64,000 bases of DNA from positions 172,300,001 to 172,364,000 of the forward strand of contig NC_058368.1 of assembly GCF_018350175.1 (NCBI RefSeq), read 5' to 3'. Both the position numbers and the translations under genes were made by a program. Under the pieces are notes generated by a model, which did no database searches, had not been told where the DNA came from, and saw only the letters and a program-made list of their open reading frames with translations. Below are positions 26,644 to 40,130 of the stretch, piece by piece. Position 1 is the first letter of the stretch. Every line of letters starts with the position of its first letter. The stretch comes from Felis catus. Taxonomy: Eukaryota.

Positions 26644-27439
26644 GAAAGGAGAAGAGAGAAGGATGACAAAGACGCCCAGGGGGCCCCATGGAGGATCTAA
26701 TGACCATGTACCATTGTATCTACTACAGCACATTGGTCAAAAACCATGGAATAAATGTTAGGCCACAGAAGGCTGTTAACCATTCCACGTGTAAATGGCT
26801 TTTCCATGATGGTCGAAACTTCACCTTTATAAGGAGAGGGTGGGCGTTAAGAAGTTGAATGCATCCATGATCGAGTCCTGTCTATGTGGTGTTCAAGACA
26901 AGGCCCCAGCTCCCCAGGCAGTTGGGAGAGACAAGAGGGTGAGGAAGGGCAGCTGTTGGGGAAGAGTTTCTCAGTTGTCAAGTCTTACTTGACAAGATAG
27001 AAGTCCTAGAAGGGACAACTCTTCCCCAGACCTGAAAACTGGGAAGCAAAATAAATGGCTCTGACCAGCCAAGGAGACATTAACGTCAAACCTGTGCTCA
27101 GACACTTGACCCATACTAAGGGTCCACACACAGAGACCATCTATCTTGTCTGAAATTCTAGAAACTCTGGTTATATGATTCTAAAATTCCTGGATGCATG
27201 AATTCCCAACACTAGGAGATTAGAAGCAGCAAATAAAAAGGACCAGAGACAGCCACACAGTGACAGCCACACTGACAACTGATGAGAAAGTAAGAAGGAC
27301 AATTATGTTAAAAAGCAAACATATTTAAACACTCAGCAGCAGCCCAGGATTGCTGAGAGGAACAAACAGCTTTACCAACTTCAGGCGCTCAAGTAATTAC
27401 CATCCCCAAGCATGCTAAAATAATTTATTACAACTGTAG

Positions 27440-27700
27440 GAGAGAAATACAGCTTGGTAGCAGAATATATAAAAGAGATTTACAAATTCTAGTTCATACT
27501 AAGTTCATGGTGAATTAAGCGTGCCCATGGCTGCCAAGGAACTCTGCAGTCTCAGGACACGGTAACAGAGGCTGTGTGGGGAGTATGAAGAAGGAGTTAA
27601 TTCCTCCCCACCCCACACTGGTCAGATGAGTTCATTTCTGGAATCCCTGACTCAAGAAGGAAGAGTAAATAAGTGTGCATTCAAATGAGAGGCACCAGCA
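27440..27700 (+). mobile_element. Possible CR1/L3 LINE relic
   Basis: tggctgccaagg...ccacactggtcaga resembles the CR1 3' region. Confidence 0.35.
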
Positions 27701-29689
27701 CCCTGAGATTTGGAAATGGGTAATATGAGGAAGTTTGTGGGGCTTTTTTTTTTTTTTTTTTTTTTTTAGTGGAGGGATGGTGCATGTATGTTGGAGGGAG
27801 GGGGTGATACATGAACCCAATACATAGGATTGAATCAGAGCTGCTGCTAAAGCAGGGTAAGGGTCCCCTGGGGTTCCCAGAGGTCCCAGCACACCCCTGT
27901 GCTACAATGATCCTCTCAGGTTACTAGGGCTCTGACCACATCTGCTTGGTCTCCCTGGCTCAGAGGCTGTACTTCTCACACTGGGGGGACCCCACTGTGG
28001 GTTACAGGGTACATGTCAGTAGGCACTTGAAGCCACAGCATATGTGGCTCTGGGGGGAAGAGGAGGTATAAGCTGGCCATTCAGGTACATTGTGTTTGGT
28101 TTGCACAGTCTTCCTTATTTAAGCCTCTCTTAAATATTAATGGATTTAACATGAAAACCTGTGGATTTCTTTAAATGACCTGAACTCTTGTAACCCAGGG
28201 CCTGCAGCAGGCGTGGTGACAATGGACTTGAAGTGAAGACAGCTTTCCCTCTTGACCACGGTTCTCCATAATTAACACCATCTTTTAGACAAAAACAAAT
28301 AAACCTTCTAAAGCCCACTTTGTTGATTTAGCCTACCTGCTTGGCATTTGGGTTTGTGGAAGGCTGCCCTACAGCAACACTGTACTTGATTTAACCAGAA
28401 CTTAAAAAAAAAAAATTAAGATTGGTGTGGATATATTAAAGAACAAAGTAAAGCACATATGCACTTTCAAGAAAAACCTCTATTAGCGCTGAGATGTTGA
28501 AGAACTTTCAAGTCATGAATCCTTTGGAAGGTCAACACTGTCTGCACTCTTGCTTCCTGCAAGGAGGGCAGTTTCTAAGCCTGCCTTATTTAAGGGCAAA
28601 GAGTCTAGTCCCTGTTGTGTGTCTTCAACACAATTCCTAAAATAGATATTTATAGTTTACTGTGACACACCCCTGAATGCCATTTCATTACTACATCATT
28701 TAGAGTCTACGCTGGCTGTGCAAACACTCAGCAAGCTCCCAATCAACCTGTAAGTATCATTTAGTCTGGCAGAGAATGTTGTGATGAAACACACCAACAA
28801 AAGCAAATGTGTACACTCATGATGAGAACAGAAAAAACTAAACTCTTTCCCCAAGAGGTAACTTCTCACAAATGTGAGCCACACCAGGTTAGCCAGACCC
28901 CACATTATAAGCCAAGCTCCTCACAGTTCTGTTACATACTCAGAACAAATTGAAGGACAAAGATGTAACGACAGGGGCATAAACAAGTCTAGGGCACAGG
29001 CCTGCTGGAGCATGATCCCATTACCATTCTAGAGATGGAGAAGTAGAATCGAGTAAACCACGCCATCAAGAAGCCTCTCTCGTTCGCAGGGGTTTGCAAA
29101 GGAGATGTAAAAGGGGTCATGCAAGATTTAGAATTAAGGAGGCGGAGATCTCAGATGGGAATTGAAATAGCAGATATAGTTGATATCAGAGCCAGCTTGT
29201 CCATGTTACAGGCAAGCCTCTGGTTGTTTCTGGATGCCCCATTTTTCCATTATAAATTCATCGCAGCCACGATGGGATATTGTTAAGCTTCATGAAAAAG
29301 ACAAGAGCCAGCTGACAAACGAAATTTCTTTTGGTTACCAAAAGGAGGCCAAAAAAAAAAAAAGATTCAAATTATTCTAGCATCTTCATCAAACAGGTAA
29401 CCAAGAAACACAAAATCACGTGTTCTGCCATAGAATACCTTGTAGTCCAAATTTAGTTTCAAAAGGACAGCCACAGTGACTGCAGGCAGCAAAGTTTCTA
29501 TTATTTAATAAATAAATTTGAACAAGAGGCTGAAGGCTTTATGTTTACATGATCATTAAGTAAAGATGTATTACAAACAGCCCAATAGCACAGAGGCGAG
29601 GAGGGGGAAATCAAGATTGAGGGCACACACATGGTTAATCAGAGTAAGGTAGGAAGATGCTGTTCAACATTTAACCTGAATGTCACAAT

Positions 29690-29875
29690 GTCATGTGCAA
29701 GGTATTACACACTCATCGGATCATTCAATCATCACAATGGCCCTTTGAAGAAGGCGCTATTGATATCCTCCTAAGTGTGAGTTAACAGAGGCTGAATAAC
29801 GTGCCCAAGGTTGCAAAGCTGGGTCAGTGGCAGAGCCAGGAATCAAAATACCTGACTCCAAAGCCATACTTTTTA
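29690..29875 (-). mobile_element. MIR fragment
   Basis: aacagaggct...gtgcccaaggttgcaaagct...ggcagagccaggaatcaaa...ctgactccaaagcc. Confidence 0.7.
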
Positions 29876-29976
29876 CTTAGGTAAACTGAGTTCAATGAAC
29901 TGTTAAAACAAAAGAATATCAAAAGCCAGTATTAGATAGCATGGATGAGAAATGGATACTAAATAAGTAAGTGTGA

Positions 29977-30185
29977 GGGGCACCTGGGTGGCTCAGTCGG
30001 TTAAGCGTCTCACTTAGGCTCAGATCATGATCTTGTGGCTGGTGGGTTTGGGCCCTTTGTCGGGCTCTGTGCTGACAGCTCAGAGCCTGGAGCCTGCTTC
30101 AGATTCTGTGTCTCCCTCTCTCTCTGCCCCTCCCCACCTCGTGCTTTGTCTCTCTCTCAAAAATAAACAAACATTTATAAAATTT
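29977..30185 (+). mobile_element. CanSINE
   Basis: TSD taaataagKaagtgtga. Confidence 0.96.
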
Positions 30186-31693
30186 TAAATAAGGAAGTGT
30201 GAGAAGAGAAATGCTTGTTACCCCACAGGACAAAGTAGAACTTTGTACCACAGATTTTCTGACTGCAAAGCCGAGAGACAGTTTCACCTTCAAGAGTCAG
30301 GATGTCTGTCTACCCAGCCCTGTGAAAGCAATCACTGGAACACATCCAGAAGATGTGCCTGGACAGAATCCCTAACACCTCAGACTTGACTTGCCCACTG
30401 CTTGCTTCCAAAGGCTTCGAACCAGAGTTCAAGAACAATCCAGTGTGTCCACCCTGAGCCCACTGCCAGCCACAGCCCTTAACTTGCTCTCATGTCCTGT
30501 CTGGAAGAGGCTGACCTCCTATATGGTGACCAACAGTCAACTGGGCCCTGGAGTGTGGCTCTGGTGGAGGGACTCACTATAGGACATCCCCTGATTTCAC
30601 AGGATAGGAGACAGAACCTTTGAAGTTCTAGCTTAATTTTACACTTAGAAAAGAATGGCCTGAAGGATCCGGTGACAGGAGCAGAGACAGACCACAAGGG
30701 TCCGTTGGAAAACATATCAGACTGGCTGTGAGGCAGGTCAGTAACAAGGATGACCTATTAACAAGGAGGCCTAACTTACACATTGATGTGGTTGCATTCT
30801 GTCCTGAGAAGTCTGCTCCGGAGGACAGGCACTTGCTTTCTCAATGCTGCTGCCACTCAGACACTTACTCTCTCCCTGACTGCCACACCAAATTCTTAAT
30901 TAAAAAACAGCATTCTCCTGATTTATTATCTACCTCACTCACATTCAATGCCAATTGCCCTTTACTTTTAGAATAATCCAATTTGCCCTCAAAGGATGAA
31001 GATGTGTAGCTACGAAGAAAAGGTCACAGCAAGAACGTGTGACAATCTTTGTGAGGCATTCCAAAGGAAAAGTCCCCTGAGTGTCGTCTCACTGTATTTT
31101 ATCAGAAAATATTTAGAGTTGCGCTATGTATTGACTACCTCAGTTTAATAAATGTCAATCTTTGGTCATATTTGCTTCCAGAGTTTTTGAAAGGAAGTAT
31201 GTTACAGCTACACATTGAAGCCCTCTTTTGTGCCCGTCCTCGATCCCATTCTCTACCTCAAAGACAGCTACCCCACCGAAGCTGGAGCCAACCCGCCCTC
31301 CCAGGTTTTCGTATAACACATCTTTCCATAAATTTCTAAAGTTGTTTATCTTGCTCTAAATATTATACGTGGCATTCTCTTATATACAGTCTTCAACATG
31401 ACACCGCTCCCTCATCACCAGTATGCATTTTAACTGCTTCCTTTTCCCTAGCTGCAATCTTCAGAAAGTGCTCATTTCAAGTGCCATATGGTATTTCATC
31501 ATATGGTGATTCCATGATTTGTCAAGCTGGAAGTTTCAGTGCCCTTCATTTGTTTACTGATATGAACAGCATGGTGATGTAGTGTTCTCTACTTGTCTCC
31601 TTGTGCTCATGAAGGAGCATCTCCCAGATACACCCGGAAGCAGATCTGTTAGACTACCTTCAGTTTTCTGGAAAGCTGCACAAATGTTTTTCA

Positions 31694-31929
31694 TTTTTTT
31701 AAACTTTATTATTTATTTTGAGAGAGAGCACACACGTGTGTGTGCACGGGAGTGCAGGGGAGGGTCAGAGAGGGGAGAGAGGGGGGAGAGGGGAGAGAAG
31801 AGAGAGAATTCCAAGTAGGCTCCTCACTATCAGCCTAGAGCCTTATGTGGGGGGTTGGTCCCGTGAGATCATGACCTGAGCCAAAATCAAGAGTTGGACA
31901 CTTAACCAACTGAGCCACCCAGGCTCCCC
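31694..31929 (-). mobile_element. CanSINE within old antisense L1-like sequence
   Basis: Reverse-complement SINE; TSD caaatgYtttt; flanks are L1M-like (atttacactccca). Confidence 0.93.
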
Positions 31930-32099
31930 CCCAAATGCTTTTCTAAATGGTGGTAACAATTTACACTCCCATAAGCACTGCATGAGAGTGGCTACTGCTT
32001 CTCAGCCTAATACAGATCATATAATTCGAGTTTAATTTTTGATAAATGGGTGTTGAAACCTTCCTTTAATATTTACACCATTCACATCTCAATGTGATG

Positions 32100-32345
32100 A
32101 GGAATCTGAGCCTTTGAATCAGAATCATGGCTTTGAATCCTGGCTCTACCATTTGTTGCTCATGCGATGTTAGTAAAGTTCCTTGGCCTCACTAAACTTT
32201 GGTTTTCTGGCATGTAGCATACATGGTGGGTATAAAAATAGCATCTTCCTCAGAGGCATTATTATGGTTATATAATGTACGTAAAGCAACTAATACAATA
32301 TCCCTGGCACAAAGCAAGTTCTCAATTAATGTCAGTTGCTATCAT
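32100..32345 (+). mobile_element. MIR
   Basis: gctttgaatcctggctctaccatttg...aagttctcaattaatgtcagttgctatcat. Confidence 0.7.
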
Positions 32346-33360
32346 CATCATCAGAAAAGTCTCCAAGTAAAAGCCTGTCCTTCAGGTATAAGCCCATTTT
32401 ACAGGTGGTAAAACAGAGTCTGAAAACTTAACTGGACTGACCCTCTAGAATCAGTGATTTGCTAAAGCACAGCCAGGAATCAGGTGACTCCAAGCTCCCC
32501 CATCTACCACTAGACCACACTGCTTCACATATCCCTCTGTAATCATGCTGCACAACAGAGAATAAATCAAGAGTGAGTACAAACCCACTGAGCAAACAAG
32601 AGCCTCCAAGTGCTGAGGCAGTGATCAGAGTTTGGTAGAATCACAGTTTCAGCTTTGAAAAGAGAAGTACTTTGTGTTCAAGGACATGGATGGGACTACC
32701 AAATTAAGTTTTACAAGGCTAGCTGCTTACTATTCATCAGCCACAATCTTAATTAGACCGTCACACAGAAAGAGGAAGCCCTATAACCGCCACAGCTGTA
32801 GAATGTTTCCTGCAGGAGGGACCCCAGGGTTCCTTCTTTGCTTGGGTTACCAATATGGCAGCACTAGCCTCTGGAGACCCTGGCCTGAACAGTCAGCTGT
32901 ACCCAGTCTAGCCACCTTGCAGCAGCACCCCACCACTCCTCCGCCCAGGGTCTTCCATTAGCATCCAATCAGGTGTCGAAGTGCCTATGGCATCCCCTAT
33001 TTCCTGCCCTGAGAGCTGTTCTAACAATTTGGCCAAACTGTTGTTGTAAAGTGGTCTAGCTCCACAGCTTACAGGTCAGGTGACAAGAGGTGAGGGGGCT
33101 AGCAGTCTTCCGCTTGCATTTGCAAGGCTGCTCCAAGTCCCAAAGGCTTTGACTAGCTGCTTGGTCTCCATTTCCATGAGAACCAACAGGTGACCGCTAA
33201 TTGTGCCTTCCCAGATCCAGGCTGCTTGGCCTACCTGGCAAGGGCAAAATCTGGCGGAAAAGGAAGGCTATCAGAATTCTCCAAGGTGGGAGAACTTCAA
33301 GTGATGCACCCCACAAGAAAAGGACACCCTTGGAACACAGAGGAGAAATGTTCTGGATCA

Positions 33361-33544
33361 GGTGCCCGGGTGGCTCGGCTGGTTAAGCATCAACCCTTGA
33401 TTTTGGCTCAGGTTATGATCTCACGGTTTGAGTCCGAGCCCCACATTGGGCTCCCTGCTGACAGTGCAGAGCCTCCTTGGGGTTCTCTCCCTCCCTCCCT
33501 CTCTTCCTCTCTCTCTCTCAGAATAAATAAATAAACTTAAAAAA
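33361..33544 (+). mobile_element. CanSINE
   Basis: SINE body; degenerate TSD gttctgRatca. Confidence 0.92.
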
Positions 33545-35486
33545 AGAAAGGGTTCTGAATCAAAACACAGAAGATCCCCACTGCAGGGAGGGATCTTACC
33601 CCAGAATTACAGCTGAAGAATGCAGAGCTGGCCAGTATGAGCTCTCCCTTCTGATAAAACTCAACAAACAGACAAAACCACCACAAAACTTAGGGTGTAG
33701 TGGGGTGAAAGCAGGAGCTGGTACAATACAGAAATAGGTTACTGGTTGAGAACTACAGCATCTAGAGATGCAAAGAGGCTGTGTGCCAAGGGACCCCATG
33801 GCAGAGGCAAAGGCAGTGTGAGAAAACACCCTCAGAGCTGACTGCTTGTTCCGAGCATCTGCCTCATTCTGAGAGACAATGAAAAAAAAACATCTTCAAG
33901 TTTCAGAACAGAAACGGAAATGCCCCTTGAAAACAAGAAACAAGCCCCCTCACCACATCCACAACTGTGCTTAGGGCCAAACAGAAGTACCCTGAAGTAG
34001 GTGGGAGAGGGAGATGAAGGGAAGGTCAGAGCTGGGGGTGGGGGCGGGGAGGCCCGCACACAGCAGGCAGGATCAGAACGCCAGGACCTGAGCGGCCAGC
34101 CTGCAGGACCAGGGCCTCCAGATCATATGAACAGAGTTTTACAACAACAGAAATCATCAAATACAAAAACTACGGTCACCCCCTGTTTGGAATTATCTGC
34201 CACACTGCATATAGGTTCCCAAAGGTCTCTGAGCAGAAGCTAGAGGCTGTTTACCTGTACATGCTCCTGATTTCTTGCCATCCAGACGTGACACGAGTCA
34301 GAGGTGGGAGAGTTAAGAAGGGTGGTGTGCCCCTATCAGCCTCCACAGCAGACTGGTCACACATTTTTCTGACCCTAGCTCTCCTGGCCTCTTGGGTTTT
34401 GAGAACTCCTTGAGGTGTCCATCCCATCCTCCATCCACTCAGCCTCGCAGTCTCCACATTCCAGACCCACTGGGCTTTGTTTCTGCCACTCTCCTCCCCT
34501 TCTACCCCTTCAGAGGAGCAGGGTGTCCCTGCTCTTTTTTAACCTCTTCTTCTGGCCCTGGCCTGTGCAGAAGCATTGTGGTCCTGGGGCGACCATGTTC
34601 CAGACCGCACTGTGGGGAAATGGGGCCGTTCCCGAGCATGAAGTCATGGCACCCGGGCAGCACCCAGAAGGTCTTCCTGCTGGGCCTGTGTCCCCACAGC
34701 TGGCCTGTCGCCCTCAGCTGAACAAAGGAAGGCCAGCAGACAGGAGAGAGTGGGGCCCACGGAGAGGGAAGAGGACAACCACGGGGGCTCCCTGGTCTCA
34801 TGGTGATGCGGGTAGAGAGTTCCTCCCTATCTTCAGCAGCACTTTTCCTTGAACTATACCTCTGTGTGCATGAGGGAGAAGAGAAAGGAAGCAAGGTCAT
34901 GGAGCTGAGGATGGGGTAACTTTTTTTTTTGAGATTTTGTTTTATGTGACAGTTAAAGTGACACAACTAACATGCCCAGTGGCACACATCCCATGTTGCC
35001 TGTGCCCGGAGCCATGTGTCCCACCATCTGTGCTCCTCACCTGGCCCCAGACATGACCCCACACCTGAGAGTCATCAAAGACAAAATCTGGCGATGTTTT
35101 GATAAGGCCACACTCTTAGATCAGAGCACCCTTTGAGACCCACCTTGGAGAGGGCTTCTGATCCAGAAGAGAAACATTCTCTGGGAGACTTTATTGTCAG
35201 GGACGATAAACCCTAAGAGGCAAGGTACCAGTACTCTACTAACAGTGTTTTCCCCTCCTCTTGAACATAAGATATTCTCTGTAACGAATGTGTAAATTAA
35301 AAAAGCAAAAAACACCATAAGCAGAAAATGTCACTTGTAACCCCAACTACTGCTTACAATTTAACATGTGTCCTTTGCATGTACTTCTAAGAAGTAAGGG
35401 TTAAAGACACATACATATGCATGGGCTTTGGGGTCACGCGGGCCAGAGAGAATCCTAGCCCTGACACTAACAATTGTGACATAAGA

Positions 35487-35722
35487 TTTTTTTTTTTTTT
35501 ATTAAAAAAAATTTTTTTTAATGTTTATTTATTTTTGACAGAGAGACAGACAGAGCATGAGCAGGGGAGGGGCAGAGAGAGAGGGAGACACAGGATCCGA
35601 AGCAGGCTCCAGGCTCCGAGCTGTCAGCACAGAGCCCAATGCGGGGCTCGAACTCACAGACTGCGAGATCATGACCTGAGCTGAAGTCGGACATTCAACT
35701 GACGGAGCCACCCAGGCGTCCC
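35487..35722 (-). mobile_element. Feline SINEC inserted into a MIR-like segment
   Basis: Reverse-complement SINE; TSD tgtgacata. Confidence 0.96.
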
Positions 35723-35892
35723 AGTGTGACATACAATTTAAGCCTTATACTGAACTTATTTGCAAAAAGGAGAGTTACACCACCTTCCCCATAGGTTTGT
35801 GAGGACTCAGAGATGACACACGACATAGCCTGGACACAGAAGCACTTGCTGAGTGACAGCAGACATCATTAGGGAAGTTTCTCATCCATTCA

Positions 35893-36413
35893 GATTCTTA
35901 GTTTCCTGTTGCTGCTGTAACCAATTACTATGAAATTAGTGGCTTTAAACAACACACATTTACTACCTTACAGTTCTAGTGGTCATGAGTCTGAAATGGT
36001 TTCACTAGGCCAAAATCCAGGTGTCAGTAGGACTGGGCTCCTTCCAGAACCTCTAAAGGAGAGTCCCCTCCTCCCTTCTCCTCTCCCAGCTTCTACTGGC
36101 TGCTGGCATTCCTTGGCCTGAGGTCCCTTCTTCCATCTTCAAAGCCAGCAGCCTCGCTCTTCAAATTGCTCTCTGACCCTCTACTTTCCTCATCACATCT
36201 CTCTCTTCCCACTTCCCATCTTCCTGCGTCCTGTTATAAAAGCTCCTTTTGATTATATTAGGGCCACTTGGTGATCCAGGATGACACTTCTATCTCAAGA
36301 TTCTTAATCACATATACCAAGTCACTTTTATCCTGTAAGGTAACCTATTCGCAAATTCTGGGGATTAAGACGCGGACATGGTTAGTGGGGTGCACGTTCT
36401 ATTCAGCCTACCA
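35893..36413 (-). mobile_element. MaLR solo LTR (MLT1C/D-like)
   Basis: The minus strand begins tggtaggctgaata...gtcttaatcccc; the other end reads tagtttcctgttgctgctgtaac...ggctttaaacaaca, characteristic of MLT1. Confidence 0.88.
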
Positions 36414-39054
36414 GATGTGTTTACTGTATTAAGCTCTTTGAGGATGGTAAAGTAGATTTGTTGGAAATATTTTCTCTAGTTTATCTAAATTCTTTCCACG
36501 AAAGTAACACGTTTGTTGTCAAATCCTATCGATCTAGTCTTTTGTTATTTCTCCCACTAATTTTAAGCCTAGAAATTCCTTCCATATCCAGTCAGTTTAG
36601 TACTCGTGTGTGTGTGCATGCATCTGCACGTATTTTACGCATTGTTACAAATACAAACACCACAGAGATGGGGAAAGTAGGAGTAAATTCTGCTTCTTAT
36701 AGGAAACCACTTAATAGCTTAGGATCCACTGTCCAGGAGCCTATGCTCTTCAATCACACACACATGTGCATCTCCATCTGTTTGTGGGGCCAATTTGCAC
36801 ACCTCTGTCTACAGACCACCTGGGATTTTCCTCAATGAATGCTGTACACCTAAGGATTCCTCCTCTCATTTGTTTGTTTCCTAAGAATGATTAACCAAAG
36901 CATCGCTTAGGTAATATGTGCTATTTTTCTATGAAAGCACGTTCGGCGGGCTATTCCTGTTTTTCCCCCTGGTTATTCACACCTGGCGATCATCCACCTG
37001 TCACTTCTACCCCATGTCTGCAGGTACCACTGGGCACCTGGTGGCAGTTGCACAAACTACAGAAATAGCACTTTGGCAAAATTAACCAGCGTCCAGAGAA
37101 CTCACTTTGTAACCCAAGCACATGAAGTGACAACCATCACATTTCTAGTTTTATGGCTAAGGGAAAAAGAAATGGTTGCACCTGACAAGTCAATGATTCT
37201 GCCTATCATCTGTCACAGCAATCAGGGCACCCAGCAGGCATGCATGGTGTTAACTTGTCTGTTACTCACTTTGACACCTCCACAGCTTTGCCTGATGCTT
37301 AGTGCACACAAAACACACTCAAGACACTTACGTTGAATAAATGGGTTAAACAAGTCCAGCAGAGCCCCATAGAAGAGAAAATAACTGGACACTATTTGAA
37401 AGGCCTCCTGATGCCACATGGTTGCTATGTGATCGCCACTCCGCTCATTAGAAAGAGCTCTGCAATCTCGAATTCCTTTATTAACAATCATTTCTCAAGG
37501 ACCCGTTGTGAAACGAATTTAGATGCAGTGCAAAAAGCCAACAAAATAAACCAAACCTCAAAGTGTCACCAAGTCAACAAAGGAGAGTGCACCCCTGCAG
37601 CTCCAAGGGCAGGCCTCACTTCTGTGCTTTCTGTGGGGACACTCCAGCCAGGCTGGCGGTGTCATCTCTGGAAGCAGTGACGTTAACTCCGAGTGAAACC
37701 AGATCATCCCAGCTAAGAAGCATCTGTACGCGTTTCTAATGGCGACTGCACCATAGGGTTTCTGAGGGCACAGAATGGACTAGACACAGCCAAGCATTCA
37801 TCAACAGGAGCAGAATAAGCCAGCTCCAACATGGCAGGTGGGTCTCATTTGGCGTGAGGACAGCGGCAGACTCGTGCGGATGTCAATCAGTAATTACTCA
37901 GCTGCGGCACTTCTCACCATCACTGGAGAAGACAGAGCATCTCAGCCAGCACTTGCCGTCAGGCAGCAGATTATAACCATCAGATCCCAACCAGTCCCAC
38001 TTAGAGAACGGAACCCACAGTCTGGTTGGAGCCAGACACAGACGACTGTCCGAATAGGCGTGACATCACCTAGAGCAGCCCCAAACATGTTTCCGATCTC
38101 TTTATTAGAGACAGGTAAACTCCTTTCCAATTATCACCACCCCCCTTTGATGTACTTAAAACTGCAAGTGAAATTTATCACTTGTCTCTGGGTCACTGGG
38201 GCTCTGCCAACCTGACAGAAGCCACAGGCCGGAAGGAAAAGGGACCCTTCCCACATCATTGGAGCACCGCGTGAAGACATGGTTTTCAAGAAAAAGCAGG
38301 AATAGAGGGTACAAGGGCCAGTCAGGCAAACATGTTAACAGCCATTTCTGCCCCTGCGATGTTTGCTGGCAGTTGAAAAGAATGAATGTTCATTTCTCAA
38401 GCTCCTTTGATCACAATACTCTCAAAAATCTTTGGCAGCTTCCTAGTGCCTATTTCCAAATGCCACTGTCTGGCCTTCAAGGTCCCTTGTCTGACCCCTC
38501 CTCCCTTTCCAGCTCCCTCTGCTCCTCCATGTGTGGGTCAAACTGGTCATGTCACAGCTGTTTTTTCCTGTATATATCACTCCCTCCAGGGAGAAGGCCA
38601 TTTTCCCCTCTAGATGTTGAAATATTATCCCTCAAGAGCAAAGTCTCATTCCTGAGACCCCCGCCCCAAGCAGCTCAGGCAAAATTACACACCACTCCGT
38701 TCAGTTCTGTTTCCACCACTCACCTGGCACCTGTCACCTTCTACAGCGGTCACACCAAACGTGGACCACTGTCCTACTATGGGTATACCTATCGGTGATA
38801 TACATGAACTAATCCTGTTCTTCATTCCCATCTCCCTCGCCCTCCCCCAGGACCCAGTGCCAGGTCTTAGAAGCAGCACTGAATGGACGACTCACCCTCC
38901 TTCCTGGTATCAGGCTCTCATAACATGCTGCGGACAGGCGACAAACTCCATTCCCAGGAGGACAGACAGATGAGACACGAGGGAAGCAGGTTGGGTGAAT
39001 GTGATGGAGCAGGGGCGTCCGTGACAAACGGGACAGGCATGCCCTGCTTACTAC

Positions 39055-39505
39055 TGGGCATGTGCTTCTCAACACCAGCATTCATTGCCAGATGGGAATG
39101 TGGACCCCATGTTGCTAGACAATTTTTTAAGAAAATCCAAAAATCTGGATTTTTAAATGAAATATTTTGATGTGAAAGGGCTATTTCCCAATGCTAATAA
39201 AAAAAAAAAATCTGTGGGGTAGCCTGGGTGGCTCAGTCGGTTGAGCATCCGACTTCAGCTCAGGCCATGATCTCGTGGTCTGTGAGTTCAAGCCCCACGT
39301 AGGGCTCTGTGCTGACAGCTCAGGGCCTGGAGCCTGCTTAGGATTCTGTGTCTCCCTCTCTCTCTGCCCCTACCCTACTCATGCTCTGTCTCTGTCTCTC
39401 TCAAAAATAAATAAACATTAAATTTTTTTTTTTTTTAATCTGTGGGTAAATAGAAGCATGTCTAGGGCTTCAGGTTTCAACGGGTCCAGTGATCTAGAAC
39501 CTCTA
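39055..39505. mobile_element. hAT-Charlie MER102-like relic split by a SINE
   Basis: aagaaaatccaaaaatctggattttt...tgtgaaa motif; continues after the SINE. Confidence 0.45.
39216..39436 (+). mobile_element. CanSINE
   Basis: TSD aatctgtggg. Confidence 0.96.
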
Positions 39506-39879
39506 CTGATTTTCTTTCCAACTACTTATTAAGGGTGTCATCTTGCATGTCACATGGACAATAAAAGACACAGTCTTTGCCCTCAGAAAGCTTGAACCTT
39601 AGTTCTGAACACATGTCTGTGTAGTAACAGGAACAGGAAATGGCAGCATGTGTTAATAGCATGGAAACAGGACTTTAGACTTTTTGAAGTGAGAAAGGTT
39701 GTCCTGGGCCAGAGGTCACCCTGACAGGCTCCTTTCTTACTAAAAGAAGCTCTTATTAGACCCCTTCTAGCACCCAGGAAGTCTGATATCTCAGACTACA
39801 GGTGACAGAACCCATCTCTTTCATTTTCACTTCCTATTTCTTGGGCCATGGCAGCCCAAACCAATTAGAAGTGACATCA

Positions 39880-40130
39880 AATATTGAGAACTTACTGAAT
39901 ACTATGTACTAAAGCACTTTATTTCATGGATTAATGAAATATGGGCATTTGGGTCATTCAATCCTCATAGCACCTTATGAGGGAGTTATCACCATCGTCG
40001 CTTTGCCCTCAAGGGAAGACAGGAGAGGGCACTAAGTAATCTGCTCAACACAGACCACCTGGGAAGTCAGGACCTGAACCCAAGGCCACAGATACTGAGT
40101 CCTGTGGTCTTCAAACCACACTATGCTGCC
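39880..40130 (-). mobile_element. MIR
   Basis: cattcaatcctcatagcaccttatgagg...aagtaatctgctcaa...ggacctgaaccca. Confidence 0.6.

Noticed and set aside
26957..27028. Hammerhead ribozyme or tRNA interpretation of the nested hairpin
   Set aside because: A gtcc/ggac stem is present, but the CUGANGA and GAAA core is missing on both strands and there are no tRNA A/B boxes or cloverleaf.
34392..34966. Overlapping 109-154 aa ORFs on both strands
   Set aside because: Expected in GC-richer DNA with few stop codons; no domain signal.
38259..38798. 179-aa ORF
   Set aside because: Non-ATG start, low-complexity Ser/Pro/Leu composition overlapping L2-like sequence; no recognisable homology.
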